From: a virus | IMG/VR virus record: IMGVR_UViG_3300021137_000006 | Coordinates: 1-64,000 of that record | Direction: 5' to 3' (one strand) | DNA: 64,000 nt | Shown here: positions 31,869 through 42,285 of the stretch, in pieces | Numbering within the stretch: the first letter of the stretch is position 1 | Layout of the letters: every line of letters starts with the position of its first letter | The notes under the pieces: generated by a model | Seen by the model: only the letters and a program-made list of their open reading frames with translations | What the model was told of the DNA's origin: nothing | Databases searched by the model: none | Made by a program: the position numbers and the translations under genes

Positions 31869-32336
31869 TTAGACTGGAGGCTTACTGAGGTTGGATTGGG
31901 GTTGTGGCAATGAAGGTGGGGCGGGCTCCTGCTTTTGTTGGGGTTGAGCTTGTTGAGGCTTCTTACCTGGTTGGGCGTCTTTATCAATATCTATGGCAAG
32001 TTGCTTGACGGCTTTAGCGAGGTCCGTCTTAGTGGTAACAGTGCGAGTTTCCCAATGCACTAGATTTTGCTCAGTTTTTGCAAGCATGGTTGGAGCACGA
32101 GTGCCAATTTGCGCTACCTTGTCGGCTGTTTCTTTCGATGTTAAGTTAGACTTGATACCGTCGAATTCCCCCTGCTTTAGCTTGAGAACTTCGTGATATT
32201 TTGGGTTACTCAGTACCTGAAGCCCAGTGATAATCGCAGCAACGCGCTTACGTTGCTTCTCTTTGAGCTCGGTGATCTTACCAGATGTCATTGCACCAAG
32301 TACTCTCGATAAATATTGTCCTGCGTTGCTTGCCAT
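31869..32336 (-). CDS. Hypothetical protein with Pro/Gln-rich tail
   Basis: ORF; ATG 32336 follows a minus-strand TAAATA. Confidence 0.55.
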   Translation of the reverse strand: MASNAGQYLSRVLGAMTSGKITELKEKQRKRVAAIITGLQVLSNPKYHEVLKLKQGEFDGIKSNLTSKETADKVAQIGTRAPTMLAKTEQNLVHWETRTVTTKTDLAKAVKQLAIDIDKDAQPGKKPQQAQPQQKQEPAPPSLPQPQSNLSKPPV

Positions 32337-32399
32337 TGGTGCTATTCCGTTTGTAGTATTTATAAACAAAAAAGGAGGAGCATTGCGCTCCTCGGTTGA

Positions 32400-32870
32400 T
32401 TACGTTGTTAACAACTTATCGTGTAGTGATTTTGATGTATTTTTACCACCGATCGGTACCGCCTTTGACTTTTTAGCCTCTGGTACGATGCGACTTACAC
32501 CAATTGTCAACATTCCATTTTCGAATGCAGCACCTACGACCTCCATATCCACTCCAAGTTGCCAGCGCCGCTCGAAAGCGCGTTGACTAATCCCACGGTG
32601 GACGTATTGCAGATCCTTATCTTCCGGTTGATCGAGTTGTTTTGCAGTCTTGACGATCAGCTGCATCTCTTCTGTGACGATTTCTATATCGTCTGATGAG
32701 TAGCCCGCAAGTGCAATTTGAATCACCCAGTTATCGTCCTTACGGATGATGTTGACTGGTGGATAGTTACCGACAAAACGTCTCACTTCAGTTGAGCGAG
32801 CGTGTTCGATTTGATTTACGATACGTTGGAAGTCGAGCATGAATAGCCCAGCGATGTCATTAGTAGTCAT
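32400..32870 (-). CDS. Small heat-shock protein (Hsp20/IbpA-like)
   Basis: NYPPVNI, IALAGY, YVHRGISQRAFER and AAFENGML motifs. Confidence 0.93.
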   Translation of the reverse strand: MTTNDIAGLFMLDFQRIVNQIEHARSTEVRRFVGNYPPVNIIRKDDNWVIQIALAGYSSDDIEIVTEEMQLIVKTAKQLDQPEDKDLQYVHRGISQRAFERRWQLGVDMEVVGAAFENGMLTIGVSRIVPEAKKSKAVPIGGKNTSKSLHDKLLTT

Positions 32871-32997
32871 TATGTTCTCCTGTTAAGCAAGTATGACTTG
32901 TATGGACCCAAATAGGCATCCATAATCGTATATATTAGAGATCGTCGAGGGTGGCGCAATTTTTCACTAAATAGTTGACAATTGCACCGTACTACTG

Positions 32998-35901
32998 ATG
33001 ACTTCACAACCGTTTTTTGATGCTCCTGGTGGAATTCGCCGGGAAGGTAATGACCAAACCCTAACCTTTACCCGAACATCGCCGACGACTGGCACAGTAT
33101 GTTGGGCACCAGTTTCGACTAACTGCACCCCAAGTGGCAACTATACAGGTGGCGTACTCGTTGGTAGCACATCAGCCATCGGACAATCAGAAAAGCCAAG
33201 CGACGGAACGTGTTGCTATACTGGTGACCCTACGTTATCTCAACAACTTTTTGCTGGAGATGTACTCGGTAATGCAAAAGTGCTATGGAGTAGTAACACC
33301 GATGCCCAAACTGGATGCATCGACGTTACTGGGCTGGATGGGAATTGCTCAGCATACTACTTCGCATTTTTCGCCATCGATAACGTTTGTCGGTACAACC
33401 AAGACGGTATTTTTAGCTACTCCCAAGCACTATCCACCACCATCGTAGATTGCACTCAAGGTCACCAATGTCTACAGGCAAATGGCGCACGTCCGACGGA
33501 TCAATTGAACCTACTAACACCTGGTGGCGATGGGATCGATCCAGCCACTAAAATGTATGCTGTTACGTTAAATCTAGATGGTAGCCGGTACGACATTGTG
33601 CTCAGAGGTTCTTATCTAACGACGTATCAATCACTTGTTGATGAATTTTCAACTGCTTGGCAGCGAGTGGGTTCCCAATTGATCGAAACTCCGCACCCAC
33701 CGCACTATGGCGAATTTGTGTTTGCTAACGGAATATGGACGCAATTTGATGGAATCGTCGCTCGCCAAGTATTTCCATTATTCAGTAGCACCGATCCGCT
33801 TTCAGCAAGTGTAGGCGCGGTGTGGTTGAATACTATCGATAACTCACTCAACGTCTGGGACGGTATTAATTGGAATGCTGCCTCCCCAGCTATTAAATTT
33901 CCACAAGATCCGTCAATCGTCGCTTGTGACCAATATTGGTTCGACGGGCAGGTTGCCAACCAATTTGACGGAGTAACGTGGATCGCTCAACCTACGTATA
34001 CTCAGTTAACTGATCCGGCGAGCGCACCAGTCTTAACTTGCAGCTCGTTTTGGATCAATGATCAAAACTTCAGTCGCTGGAATGACACATCATTTGCTTG
34101 GAATCTAGTACAAGTGACACAATTTGCTGTTGATCCTATGAATGTGCCAAACGGAACATACTGGTTCAACCCACTCAACCTATCTCTCCAACTTTGGAAC
34201 GGCCTAGTGTGGGTCGGTCAAGTATTTGTTAATAGCACCGTACAACCTAACGAACCTCTTGCTAATGCACTGTGGTTCAATGGAGCTGCGAATACGCTTG
34301 CCAAATATAATGGACTAACCTCATTGTGGGATACACTCTCGGTTACAGTGCATTTCAAACCAGTCAATAATATCCATATCGGAGAATTGTGGTTCAATAC
34401 CACAATTTTCGCACTATCTGAATACACAGCAACTGGTTGGGTAGATGTTATGGCAGCGACGGTCACCTCGACGACCAATCCGGCACTACCACCAATTATG
34501 ACAGAGGGTACAATGTGGAAAAACACCACATCTGGCATTTGGTTTACTCGAAGTGGTACCAAGTGGAGTGGCGTCAATGTGGTTGATAGTGCAGTGGATC
34601 CGAGATCGTTAGTTACTGGATATTGGTACAACCCAGCTACAACTTCGTGGTATCAACGCGCTGGCGCTATGTGGATACTAGTAGTTCCAGATTTCAGTAC
34701 AGCATACTCCCCGACGACCGCTCAGCTTGGTTCTACGTGGTGGGATGGTACTCAACTCTGTCAACAGACTACAGTAGTTGCAGTTCCTTTTTCCTCTCCG
34801 TCTAGTCCAATCTCCAGTTGGACTGTAGTTCCATTTTCGACCACCCCAGTCTCTATATTAGTAGGTCAACGTTGGTTAAATACGACGTCTAATGTAGTTT
34901 CTCAGTGGTCAGGCAGCGCTTGGGTGGAGCAAGTTGCTCCGTATACAGTCGCATTTAACGCGAAAAATGACATTTTGCTAACCTCCACGACGTGTGGAGA
35001 ACCCTCGTCGATTGAGTTGATCAATGCTCCAGTAATATTCTCCCTACTCCGGTTGATCCCGTCGCACCCTGTGCCAGGACTAGACGGCAAATCAGGAACG
35101 CCAATGTATTTGGAAGTCGGCGTCGGCACGGATGGCAGCGTAGACGAACGTCGTTCAGTAATTGACAATCTGTACACTAGACTTGGTCACCCGATCGTTA
35201 ACGTTGAGCTAACCCGTAGTCAGATGGACTTAGCTGTGCAAAAGGGATTGGATTACATTCGTCGAGACAGTGGGGCTGGATACAGTCGTGGATATTTCTT
35301 CCTTGACCTGCACGCAGGTCAGCAGCACTATACACTAACAAGCAAAACTGTCGGATTCAATAAAATTGTGGATGTGTTGTACTTGTACAGACCACGCGGC
35401 GGTTTCCTAAATTCGACATTCGGTGGGGAAATTTACGGACAACAAATGTTACAGCAGTTGTACGTGTCTGGTACGTTCGATATCTTAACGTATCATTTAC
35501 TTGCTAGTTATCAAAACGTCGTTGCAAAAATGTTTGCATCTGAACTGCAGTATCAGTGGAGCGAGCGAACCCGAGTTCTTGCGATTATGCGTAAAATTGG
35601 CCGTAAGGAACGTATTCTTGTGGATGCAGTAATCGAACGTACTGAACAAGACTTGTTCACAGACCGCATTACGAAAAACTGGGTTGAAAACTGGGCATTA
35701 ACAGAAGCAAAAATTATGCTCGGTGAAATGCGCGGTAAGTATACGAGTCTGCCGGGTGCAGGCGGAGCAATCTCAATGAATGGGGAATCCCTCAAAACCG
35801 AAGCACTAGCCTCGCAGGCTCTGTTAAAAACAGAGTTGGAAGACTTTCTCGCGTCTGATGTCGAAACGTGGGGCATTGGTGCAAGTATCACCAAAGGATA
35901 A
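32998..35901 (+). CDS. Neck protein (gp13-like C-terminal domain) with a long Trp-rich repeat extension
   Basis: C-terminal RLGHPIVNVELT...LGEMRGKY..LPG.GG.ISMNG; N-terminal repeats WFN...L..WNG..W. Confidence 0.75.
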   Translation: MTSQPFFDAPGGIRREGNDQTLTFTRTSPTTGTVCWAPVSTNCTPSGNYTGGVLVGSTSAIGQSEKPSDGTCCYTGDPTLSQQLFAGDVLGNAKVLWSSNTDAQTGCIDVTGLDGNCSAYYFAFFAIDNVCRYNQDGIFSYSQALSTTIVDCTQGHQCLQANGARPTDQLNLLTPGGDGIDPATKMYAVTLNLDGSRYDIVLRGSYLTTYQSLVDEFSTAWQRVGSQLIETPHPPHYGEFVFANGIWTQFDGIVARQVFPLFSSTDPLSASVGAVWLNTIDNSLNVWDGINWNAASPAIKFPQDPSIVACDQYWFDGQVANQFDGVTWIAQPTYTQLTDPASAPVLTCSSFWINDQNFSRWNDTSFAWNLVQVTQFAVDPMNVPNGTYWFNPLNLSLQLWNGLVWVGQVFVNSTVQPNEPLANALWFNGAANTLAKYNGLTSLWDTLSVTVHFKPVNNIHIGELWFNTTIFALSEYTATGWVDVMAATVTSTTNPALPPIMTEGTMWKNTTSGIWFTRSGTKWSGVNVVDSAVDPRSLVTGYWYNPATTSWYQRAGAMWILVVPDFSTAYSPTTAQLGSTWWDGTQLCQQTTVVAVPFSSPSSPISSWTVVPFSTTPVSILVGQRWLNTTSNVVSQWSGSAWVEQVAPYTVAFNAKNDILLTSTTCGEPSSIELINAPVIFSLLRLIPSHPVPGLDGKSGTPMYLEVGVGTDGSVDERRSVIDNLYTRLGHPIVNVELTRSQMDLAVQKGLDYIRRDSGAGYSRGYFFLDLHAGQQHYTLTSKTVGFNKIVDVLYLYRPRGGFLNSTFGGEIYGQQMLQQLYVSGTFDILTYHLLASYQNVVAKMFASELQYQWSERTRVLAIMRKIGRKERILVDAVIERTEQDLFTDRITKNWVENWALTEAKIMLGEMRGKYTSLPGAGGAISMNGESLKTEALASQALLKTELEDFLASDVETWGIGASITKG

Positions 35902-35904
35902 TCA

Positions 35905-37665
35905 ATGAGTATTTTTCTCGATCCGTCTATTGTCCCACAATCCCCACTTGCTCCGGAAGTCCGCCTGCTTTTCCCTAATACGGATAAGTTTCTTGATCGA
36001 AACACCTGCCCGGATGTATGCGAGACTGGGGATTGCGCACCTCTCGCGTACCTCGCTCCGCTTCCTTCGACGCAAGGGCCTGGCTGCATCATCATTCAGC
36101 CGAATGGGTCAGTTGTCACCCCAACTCCCTCTGTAAAAATCCCAGCTGCTGGTCAATTAACTAACCGTTTAGCTGATAACAGTTATATCAACACAATTGC
36201 TCTCAATCAACTTGATATGGGCGGAGCAAACGCGTGCGTATTCAAGCTACTTGGAGTGCATCAACAAGGTACCTTAATCGACGCAGCTGGATTTGGCACC
36301 GCAATCGCAAGTGACTTTGTTCCGGATTTCCCGCCAAGTAACGCATTCGATCGATTCGCAACTCATTGGGTTAGTGATACGGCCGGTACAGGATTAATGC
36401 AATCGTGGGTGGGGTACGATTTCGGGGTAGTTAAGCGTCCTAACGGTCTCCAACAATATTCAAACGAGGCGGACGCAGAAGCTCGTAAGCACATTACTAG
36501 CATTGCGATTAAACAAGCTGGAACGATGCAAAACTGGGTATATCGTGCTCGAGTGGAACGCAGTGACGACGGAATCCGTTGGTTTGGAGTTGATGTTATC
36601 ACAATTCCACAAACGACAGACCGCAGCATCATTGCAGTCAAGATGAGTGTACCATCCCGAATGTGGAGATTGCATCCGATCTCTAGTGGCAACGACCGCT
36701 GGATTGTTGACACCCTAGAGTTGTTTGAATTTGTACAGACTGACATTGCTAACATTCAGGAGAGTCCTTTATTTCAAGAAAACCGTGACCGTTCGTACTG
36801 TGTAAATCCGGTTAAGATGAAGATATTTTATGATCTGATTGACATCAACACTGAGTTAGCGCGGTTCGGAATTGACTTACCGTCTGCAACCCTATCCATG
36901 ACGACGCACTTCGGCGAGACACTTCGGTTGCTTGGTCGAGGGTTTGTGATTGGGGATGTTGTTGAAATACCAAGTGAATTGCAGTTTACTCCTGACATGA
37001 AAATAGTACGGAAGTACGTTGAGGTAAGTGACGTTAGTTGGTCGACAAGGGGTTACACACCTGGTTGGACGCCGTTGTTCCAACGAATTACCGCCCGCCC
37101 GATGCTTGCTAAACAAGAGACGTTGGACATCATTGGTTCGCTAGAGCCGAATATTGGTGCTGACGGAGACGGATTCAACTCAATGAACACAGTGTTCTCT
37201 ACCGGCCCGTTTCAAGCAAATGAAAATATCCAGATTGCTGCGGATAGCATGACCCAACAACTAGGGATTGATGAACAGGTTGTTGCAAATATCGGAGAGT
37301 TACCCCAACAACAGATTGAGGTAGCTGCATCGATTGGAGTGAATCTTGCTAAACTTACTACCAACTACAACACAAGTGACGCTACCCGTACTGGAATGCC
37401 ACCAGCCGGTACAAAGCCAGCTATGTTTACCACATCGGACGAAACTGCTGGGTGGCCTGAGAACCCGAAAAACAATCAGTACCATCGGGTGACGTACGAG
37501 AGTCATACCACGGAGCAAATTCCTCCACGTCTGTACAAGTATAGTAAGGCTAAGAATCGCTGGGTGTATCTCGAAACTGATGAACGCTGGGCACAGCAAG
37601 CTAACAAGACGGCCCTGAAGTCATATTTAGTGGACGTTGATAGTAAACCAATTGAGGACATCTAA
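35905..37665 (+). CDS. Neck / head-closure protein (gp14-like) with a discoidin-like insert
   Basis: LFQENRDRSY, LARFGI and GDVVEIP motifs; insert NAFD...WVGYDFG...SDDGIRW. Confidence 0.65.
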   Translation: MSIFLDPSIVPQSPLAPEVRLLFPNTDKFLDRNTCPDVCETGDCAPLAYLAPLPSTQGPGCIIIQPNGSVVTPTPSVKIPAAGQLTNRLADNSYINTIALNQLDMGGANACVFKLLGVHQQGTLIDAAGFGTAIASDFVPDFPPSNAFDRFATHWVSDTAGTGLMQSWVGYDFGVVKRPNGLQQYSNEADAEARKHITSIAIKQAGTMQNWVYRARVERSDDGIRWFGVDVITIPQTTDRSIIAVKMSVPSRMWRLHPISSGNDRWIVDTLELFEFVQTDIANIQESPLFQENRDRSYCVNPVKMKIFYDLIDINTELARFGIDLPSATLSMTTHFGETLRLLGRGFVIGDVVEIPSELQFTPDMKIVRKYVEVSDVSWSTRGYTPGWTPLFQRITARPMLAKQETLDIIGSLEPNIGADGDGFNSMNTVFSTGPFQANENIQIAADSMTQQLGIDEQVVANIGELPQQQIEVAASIGVNLAKLTTNYNTSDATRTGMPPAGTKPAMFTTSDETAGWPENPKNNQYHRVTYESHTTEQIPPRLYKYSKAKNRWVYLETDERWAQQANKTALKSYLVDVDSKPIEDI

Positions 37666-38423
37666 TGAGATCACAACCATATTTTTATTCGCATCAAATC
37701 GAACGGTACTTGATTCAGTTCACCAATATATTTTCCGGATTTGGTGTTAAAGTAGGATTAGGCGCACGCGAACAACAGATCACGGTCCCGGTGATGTACG
37801 GTAGCATCGATAAAGTTGTAGCATCTATCCAAGCTGGCAATACTCAGAACAAACCAGTGCGCTTGCCTGTAATCTCAGCATTTATGACCGGAATTGAACT
37901 CGCTCCTGATTTATACAAAGGTGTCGGACAGGAAGAACGTAGCTCGTATCTACCAAGTGGTGGACTACTACCGGATGACATTAAGGTTATTCATCGGTAC
38001 ATGCCCATTCCGTACCGAGTGACTGCGGATGTTTACGTATTTGTTAGCAATCAGCAGCAACAGTTGGAGTTACTGGAGCAGTTACTGATTTTATTCGATC
38101 CTACGTTACTGATACAAACAAACGACAGTAAGTTCGATTGGACTAAGTTGTCATACGTTGAATTAAAAAGCATCACATTAGAAGAGACGATCCCTGCTGG
38201 ATCTGAACCACGTAATATTCTCGCCAGATTGTCATTTAGCTTTCCAGTGTGGCTAACGCCTCCTGCAAAGTTAAAGGCTGACTTTGTTGAAAAAATATAC
38301 GTTCGTGTTGGGATTGCAGACGAAATGGATCCGAACACTATTGTAGAATTCTTTGACGGAGTTCCGCTTGATTATACGAAGGTAGCAGACGCTACTGAAT
38401 TTTTCACCCCGACTTCTGTGTGA
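37665..38423 (+). CDS. Tail sheath stabiliser / terminator (gp15-like)
   Basis: YFYSHQIERYLIQF, VPVMYG, RYMPIPY and LEQLLILFDP motifs. Confidence 0.85.
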   Translation: MRSQPYFYSHQIERYLIQFTNIFSGFGVKVGLGAREQQITVPVMYGSIDKVVASIQAGNTQNKPVRLPVISAFMTGIELAPDLYKGVGQEERSSYLPSGGLLPDDIKVIHRYMPIPYRVTADVYVFVSNQQQQLELLEQLLILFDPTLLIQTNDSKFDWTKLSYVELKSITLEETIPAGSEPRNILARLSFSFPVWLTPPAKLKADFVEKIYVRVGIADEMDPNTIVEFFDGVPLDYTKVADATEFFTPTSV

Positions 38424-38695
38424 ACACACTGCTTGGAGCAGTAGGTATTATATCGGTTTTTGTGTAGATTGAACGTAACGAACTTGGTGCACTTTCGGCA
38501 CCCTGTTGGTTCGTCCTTCCCATTCAGTAAGCAGTAGATTTGCTCCCGCACTCCTCCGTCGCACCAATCATATAGGTCTTGGAAATGTTGCCATGTCGAT
38601 CGGTGAATTTGTGCATATAACTCCCAGTGTGGGTTGAGCGTATACTTGCCGTGTTTGAGTACAAGTATTTTACTGCTTACTAATTTCCCTTGCAT
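38372..38695 (-). CDS. Hypothetical Zn-finger-like protein
   Basis: CRKC...YCSKQC. Confidence 0.5.
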   Translation of the reverse strand: MQGKLVSSKILVLKHGKYTLNPHWELYAQIHRSTWQHFQDLYDWCDGGVREQIYCLLNGKDEPTGCRKCTKFVTFNLHKNRYNTYCSKQCVHTEVGVKNSVASATFV

Positions 38696-38763
38696 GTTGG
38701 TACGAAAGCGGATGTAATCCTGTATTTAGGGATAAGTACGGTAGTACATTAAAAGGATCCATT

Positions 38764-40887
38764 ATGGCATCACTAGTTTCCCCAGGCGTAACAACTCAAT
38801 TAACCGACCAGTCGTTATTCGTTCCAAGCGTAGCGGATACCGTTCCGTTGTTTTTTATCGCCACTCAACAAAGCAAAAAGCAAACGGACGGCATTACAAC
38901 AGCTCTAGGTACAACAGAAAGCAACGTCGTTCGTACAATCACTTCATTGCAAGATAGTCTGACCCAGTACGGCATTCCATCGTTCCTTACAGCAACCTCT
39001 GGCGCAGCGCTACACGGTGATGCTCGTAATGAAGTTGGTCTGTTCACGTTAAATCGCTTCCTAGGAATCGGTAGCCTTGCGTATGTCGTTCGTGCTAATG
39101 TTAATTTGAGCGATGACTATACAGCCACGTCAACGTCTTGGACAGCTAAATCATCCGCCGCTGCTGCTGAACTCCAATCATTGATTTCAGCATATCTCAA
39201 CGCATATAACATGCAAAATGGTTACTTACCAACAGATCCGTTGTTTAAGATTACAGTTACGAACGTGGAATTGACTACGTTCATTAACCAAGTGATGTCG
39301 TCGATTTTTGCCGAAAACACATTCAGTAAAACCGAGGCTGACTTTTATCTAAACCGTTGGATGGCGGGCATTAGCGCAGCAGGCTCTCAAACTATCAGCT
39401 TCAGTGGTGCTGCAAGTTCAACTTCGGCAACTGGACTGGCTAATGATGCCACAGCATATACTGCAGTTATCGTTGTCGATGGCGTAGCCAAACCAGTGGT
39501 GGTAAGCGGATCAGCTGCTCAGACGATCGGAAACTTACTTGTTCAAATAAATGCCAAACTTGGTGGAACTGCAATTGCTTCGTTGACAGGCGGTAACATA
39601 GTAATTACATCAGCAACTGTTGGTTCAAACTCCTCAGTTCTAGTGATCGACACTAACTTGTTCACTTCTGTAATTGGTTACCGTTCCTTATTGTTAGCCA
39701 TTCCAGGCGCAAGCGCAATTTCGCCACTAAACGTGTATGCGAATGGCTTCAATCAGCCATCTACTAGTGAATATCTAGGCATGAAGGGCGTGATCGCAGT
39801 TTGGTCGAATGCTCTCGCATCAGGCGGCGGGGCAAGCGCAAATCCATACGAGTGGACAGCAATTGAAGCTTCACAAACGTTGCTAAATGCTACTGATGAT
39901 TTCGTCGTGACAGCTGAGTTCTCCAATGAGACTAGTCTAGGCGCTGCTGATGCTGAAAAACGTCAATCGATTGTCACCGCACTCCAAGCTATTATTAACA
40001 GCAACACAGAAGTTCGCTCTGAATTGTATGAGTATAACCTAGTTGTTTGTCCAGGTTTTGCTGAAGTTGTGGACGACTTGTTGACTCTAGTTGAAGATAT
40101 TGGCGAAGAAGCGTTCGTAATTGGTGACGTTCCTTATCAACTAACTCCAGAAGCAGCTGCCAATTGGGCTGTTGCTCCTGCGTCTGCTGCAGATAGTCGC
40201 CGCGTTAACCGCAATGTCGCTTACTACTATCCACACGCAATCGCATCGAATGTTGATGGTAATGACGTGTTCGTCCCTGCATCGGCAATTGCCTTGCGTA
40301 CCTACGCTTATAGTGACACCCAGAGTGAAGTTTGGTTTGCACCTGCTGGTGTTACTCGTGGTACCGTTACAGGAATCTCACGAGTTGGCTATATCAGTGG
40401 CATTCTAGGTCAACCTACCTCCTTTGTGGATGTTGCACTAAACAAGGGCCAACGTGACGCATTGTATCAGTATTTCAGCAACATCAACCCAATTGCTAAT
40501 CTACCAGGCCGTGGCATTCTTGTATTTGGTCAAAAGACCTCACAAAATGTTGCTAGCGCACTTGACCGTGTTAACGTCGCTCGTTTGGTTGCGTATATTC
40601 GCCGTCAAGCGCGTAAGCTTGGATTTGGATTCTTGTTCGAACCAAATGATACTATCACTCGTGCAAACTTCAAGTCGGCAATCGATGGTATGTTAAGCAC
40701 GATTATGACATCACGCGGCCTCGTCGATTACCTATCAGTATGCGATACTTCAAACAACACCCCTGCTCGTATTGGTGCAAATGAGTTGTATCTGGATATC
40801 GCATTGAAACCAATGATTGCAGCTGAATTTATCATCATCCCAATCACTGTTAAATCACAAGGAGCGAGTTTATCAGCATCGTCTTAA
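38764..40887 (+). CDS. Tail sheath protein (gp18-like)
   Basis: LVSPGV N-terminus; WFAPAG..RG, FGQKT, ALDRVNVARL and FEPND motifs. Confidence 0.95.
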   Translation: MASLVSPGVTTQLTDQSLFVPSVADTVPLFFIATQQSKKQTDGITTALGTTESNVVRTITSLQDSLTQYGIPSFLTATSGAALHGDARNEVGLFTLNRFLGIGSLAYVVRANVNLSDDYTATSTSWTAKSSAAAAELQSLISAYLNAYNMQNGYLPTDPLFKITVTNVELTTFINQVMSSIFAENTFSKTEADFYLNRWMAGISAAGSQTISFSGAASSTSATGLANDATAYTAVIVVDGVAKPVVVSGSAAQTIGNLLVQINAKLGGTAIASLTGGNIVITSATVGSNSSVLVIDTNLFTSVIGYRSLLLAIPGASAISPLNVYANGFNQPSTSEYLGMKGVIAVWSNALASGGGASANPYEWTAIEASQTLLNATDDFVVTAEFSNETSLGAADAEKRQSIVTALQAIINSNTEVRSELYEYNLVVCPGFAEVVDDLLTLVEDIGEEAFVIGDVPYQLTPEAAANWAVAPASAADSRRVNRNVAYYYPHAIASNVDGNDVFVPASAIALRTYAYSDTQSEVWFAPAGVTRGTVTGISRVGYISGILGQPTSFVDVALNKGQRDALYQYFSNINPIANLPGRGILVFGQKTSQNVASALDRVNVARLVAYIRRQARKLGFGFLFEPNDTITRANFKSAIDGMLSTIMTSRGLVDYLSVCDTSNNTPARIGANELYLDIALKPMIAAEFIIIPITVKSQGASLSASS

Positions 40888-40905
40888 TCCGTTAAGAAGG
40901 TACCC

Positions 40906-40935
40906 AAAGGAGGGCTGTTTAGCCCTCCTTTCCTT
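40906..40935 (+). terminator. Terminator after the sheath gene
   Basis: AAAGGAGGGCT-GTTT-AGCCCTCCTTT. Confidence 0.8.
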
Positions 40936-41062
40936 TGCCTATATACTCAGGCATGGTCGCTCGATTCGCAACGATCATTAAAATCCCAAAGTAGTTGTTG
41001 CATACAAATCTCGATTAGTGCATTATGAAATGGCTCTCTTATTACTTTAAAGGAAATTACAA

Positions 41063-41323
41063 ATGGCAAAGAAAGACACCAAGGCAGTTGAAGTTGCAGC
41101 TACAGAACCTACCATCACCGTTGATGGTGAGCAGTTCACAATCAGTGCACTGTCCCCACAAATTCAAAATGCAATCGTACTATTGAATAAGTGGAACGCG
41201 GACAAAACCGAAGCTGAACAAAAGGTGGTTCAATTGCAATACGCAGTGAACGCTCTATCGGTTGAGCTTGCAAAGGCAATCAAGCCTGCTGAAGAAGTAG
41301 CTGCTGAAACTGCTGCTGAATAA
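41063..41323 (+). CDS. Hypothetical small coiled-coil protein
   Basis: AAGGA RBS; ITVDGEQF..SALS motif; followed by a terminator. Confidence 0.7.
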   Translation: MAKKDTKAVEVAATEPTITVDGEQFTISALSPQIQNAIVLLNKWNADKTEAEQKVVQLQYAVNALSVELAKAIKPAEEVAAETAAE

Positions 41324-41342
41324 TTAGCTCCCAAGCTACTCT

Positions 41343-41369
41343 AAAAAGTCTCCTACGGGGGACTTTTTT
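41343..41369 (+). terminator. Terminator
   Basis: AAAAAGTCTCC-TACG-GGGGACTTTTTT. Confidence 0.85.
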
Positions 41370-41370
41370 G

Positions 41371-41398
41371 TTGCCTTTTTGTGAAACTTATGTATAAT
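41371..41398 (+). promoter_or_regulatory. Sigma70-type promoter
   Basis: TTGCCT-N16-TATAAT. Confidence 0.55.
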
Positions 41399-41405
41399 GG
41401 GGTCT

Positions 41406-41564
41406 ATGCAAAACGAAACCGTATACACATTTACCTCTTCACAACCATTGACCAAGCAACAGCTTGAATATCTCAATAGGTGCATGTATAATATGCCAAG
41501 TGCAGACACTGAAGATTTTTCTGATGTCCCTGAATATACGACTGATATCGTCGAGGTAAAATAA
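41406..41564 (+). CDS. Hypothetical 52-aa protein (absent from the ORF track)
   Basis: MQNETVYTF...VEVK; starts just after the -10 box and abuts the next gene. Confidence 0.5.
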   Translation: MQNETVYTFTSSQPLTKQQLEYLNRCMYNMPSADTEDFSDVPEYTTDIVEVK

Positions 41565-41565
41565 A

Positions 41566-41820
41566 GTGTCAGGATTTTCAGGGGACCCAGATGCAGAAGC
41601 AACCCACGCGTTAATACTTGCGGAAAACGCTCTGTACGCAGCTCGTCAAAATCTGTATACATCTACCAAATCTGCTGCAGAATGTGATGATTGTGGAGAC
41701 TCTATTCCCGAAGCGCGCCGCAAGGCTATGCCGGGAGTTTACCAGTGCATTGTGTGCCGGTCTTTGTTCGAAAAGACAATGCACAAGCAGAAAATCAAGA
41801 TGCTCGACAGAATCTTATAA
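41566..41820 (+). CDS. TraR/DksA C4 zinc-finger protein
   Basis: ECDDCGDSIPEARRKAMPGVYQCIVC. Confidence 0.9.
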   Translation: MSGFSGDPDAEATHALILAENALYAARQNLYTSTKSAAECDDCGDSIPEARRKAMPGVYQCIVCRSLFEKTMHKQKIKMLDRIL

Positions 41821-41851
41821 ATAAAGCGTAGCACTCTAGGATACTTATAAA

Positions 41852-42226
41852 ATGGATATTAACACACAACGTCGCATGCTTGAAATTGCCGGAATGTCTG
41901 GCGTAGTTCTGACTGAAGCGAAAAAGAAAACAACCGTAAAAGAAGACGCTCAGCAGTCTCTAGAACGCAAGTTTGGTGCCATCGGCACTGCAGTTGCTGA
42001 CATCATCGACAACTATAAGCAGATGGCGACTGAACCAGACATAGCGGATGAAATGGATGCAGCGCGCATGAGCCCAGGTAATATGTGGGGATACGTCGAA
42101 GACATGATCAACGACGCTCTCGCAGAAATCAAAGACAGCGAGGAGTACAAGCAATTGTGCGCAAGTCTGGCGGGTCAAACTACTCAAGTTAAGGCTGCGC
42201 CAGACCAAGGTATTTTAGACGTTTAA
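41852..42226 (+). CDS. Late protein with scaffold-like leader
   Basis: TATAAATA upstream; N-terminus RRMLEIAGM...VLTE|A. Confidence 0.6.
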   Translation: MDINTQRRMLEIAGMSGVVLTEAKKKTTVKEDAQQSLERKFGAIGTAVADIIDNYKQMATEPDIADEMDAARMSPGNMWGYVEDMINDALAEIKDSEEYKQLCASLAGQTTQVKAAPDQGILDV

Positions 42227-42285
42227 CACATCTTTTGTTTCGTATAAATTAAGAGGACATTCGTGTCCTCTTTTCCTTTTCCCAA

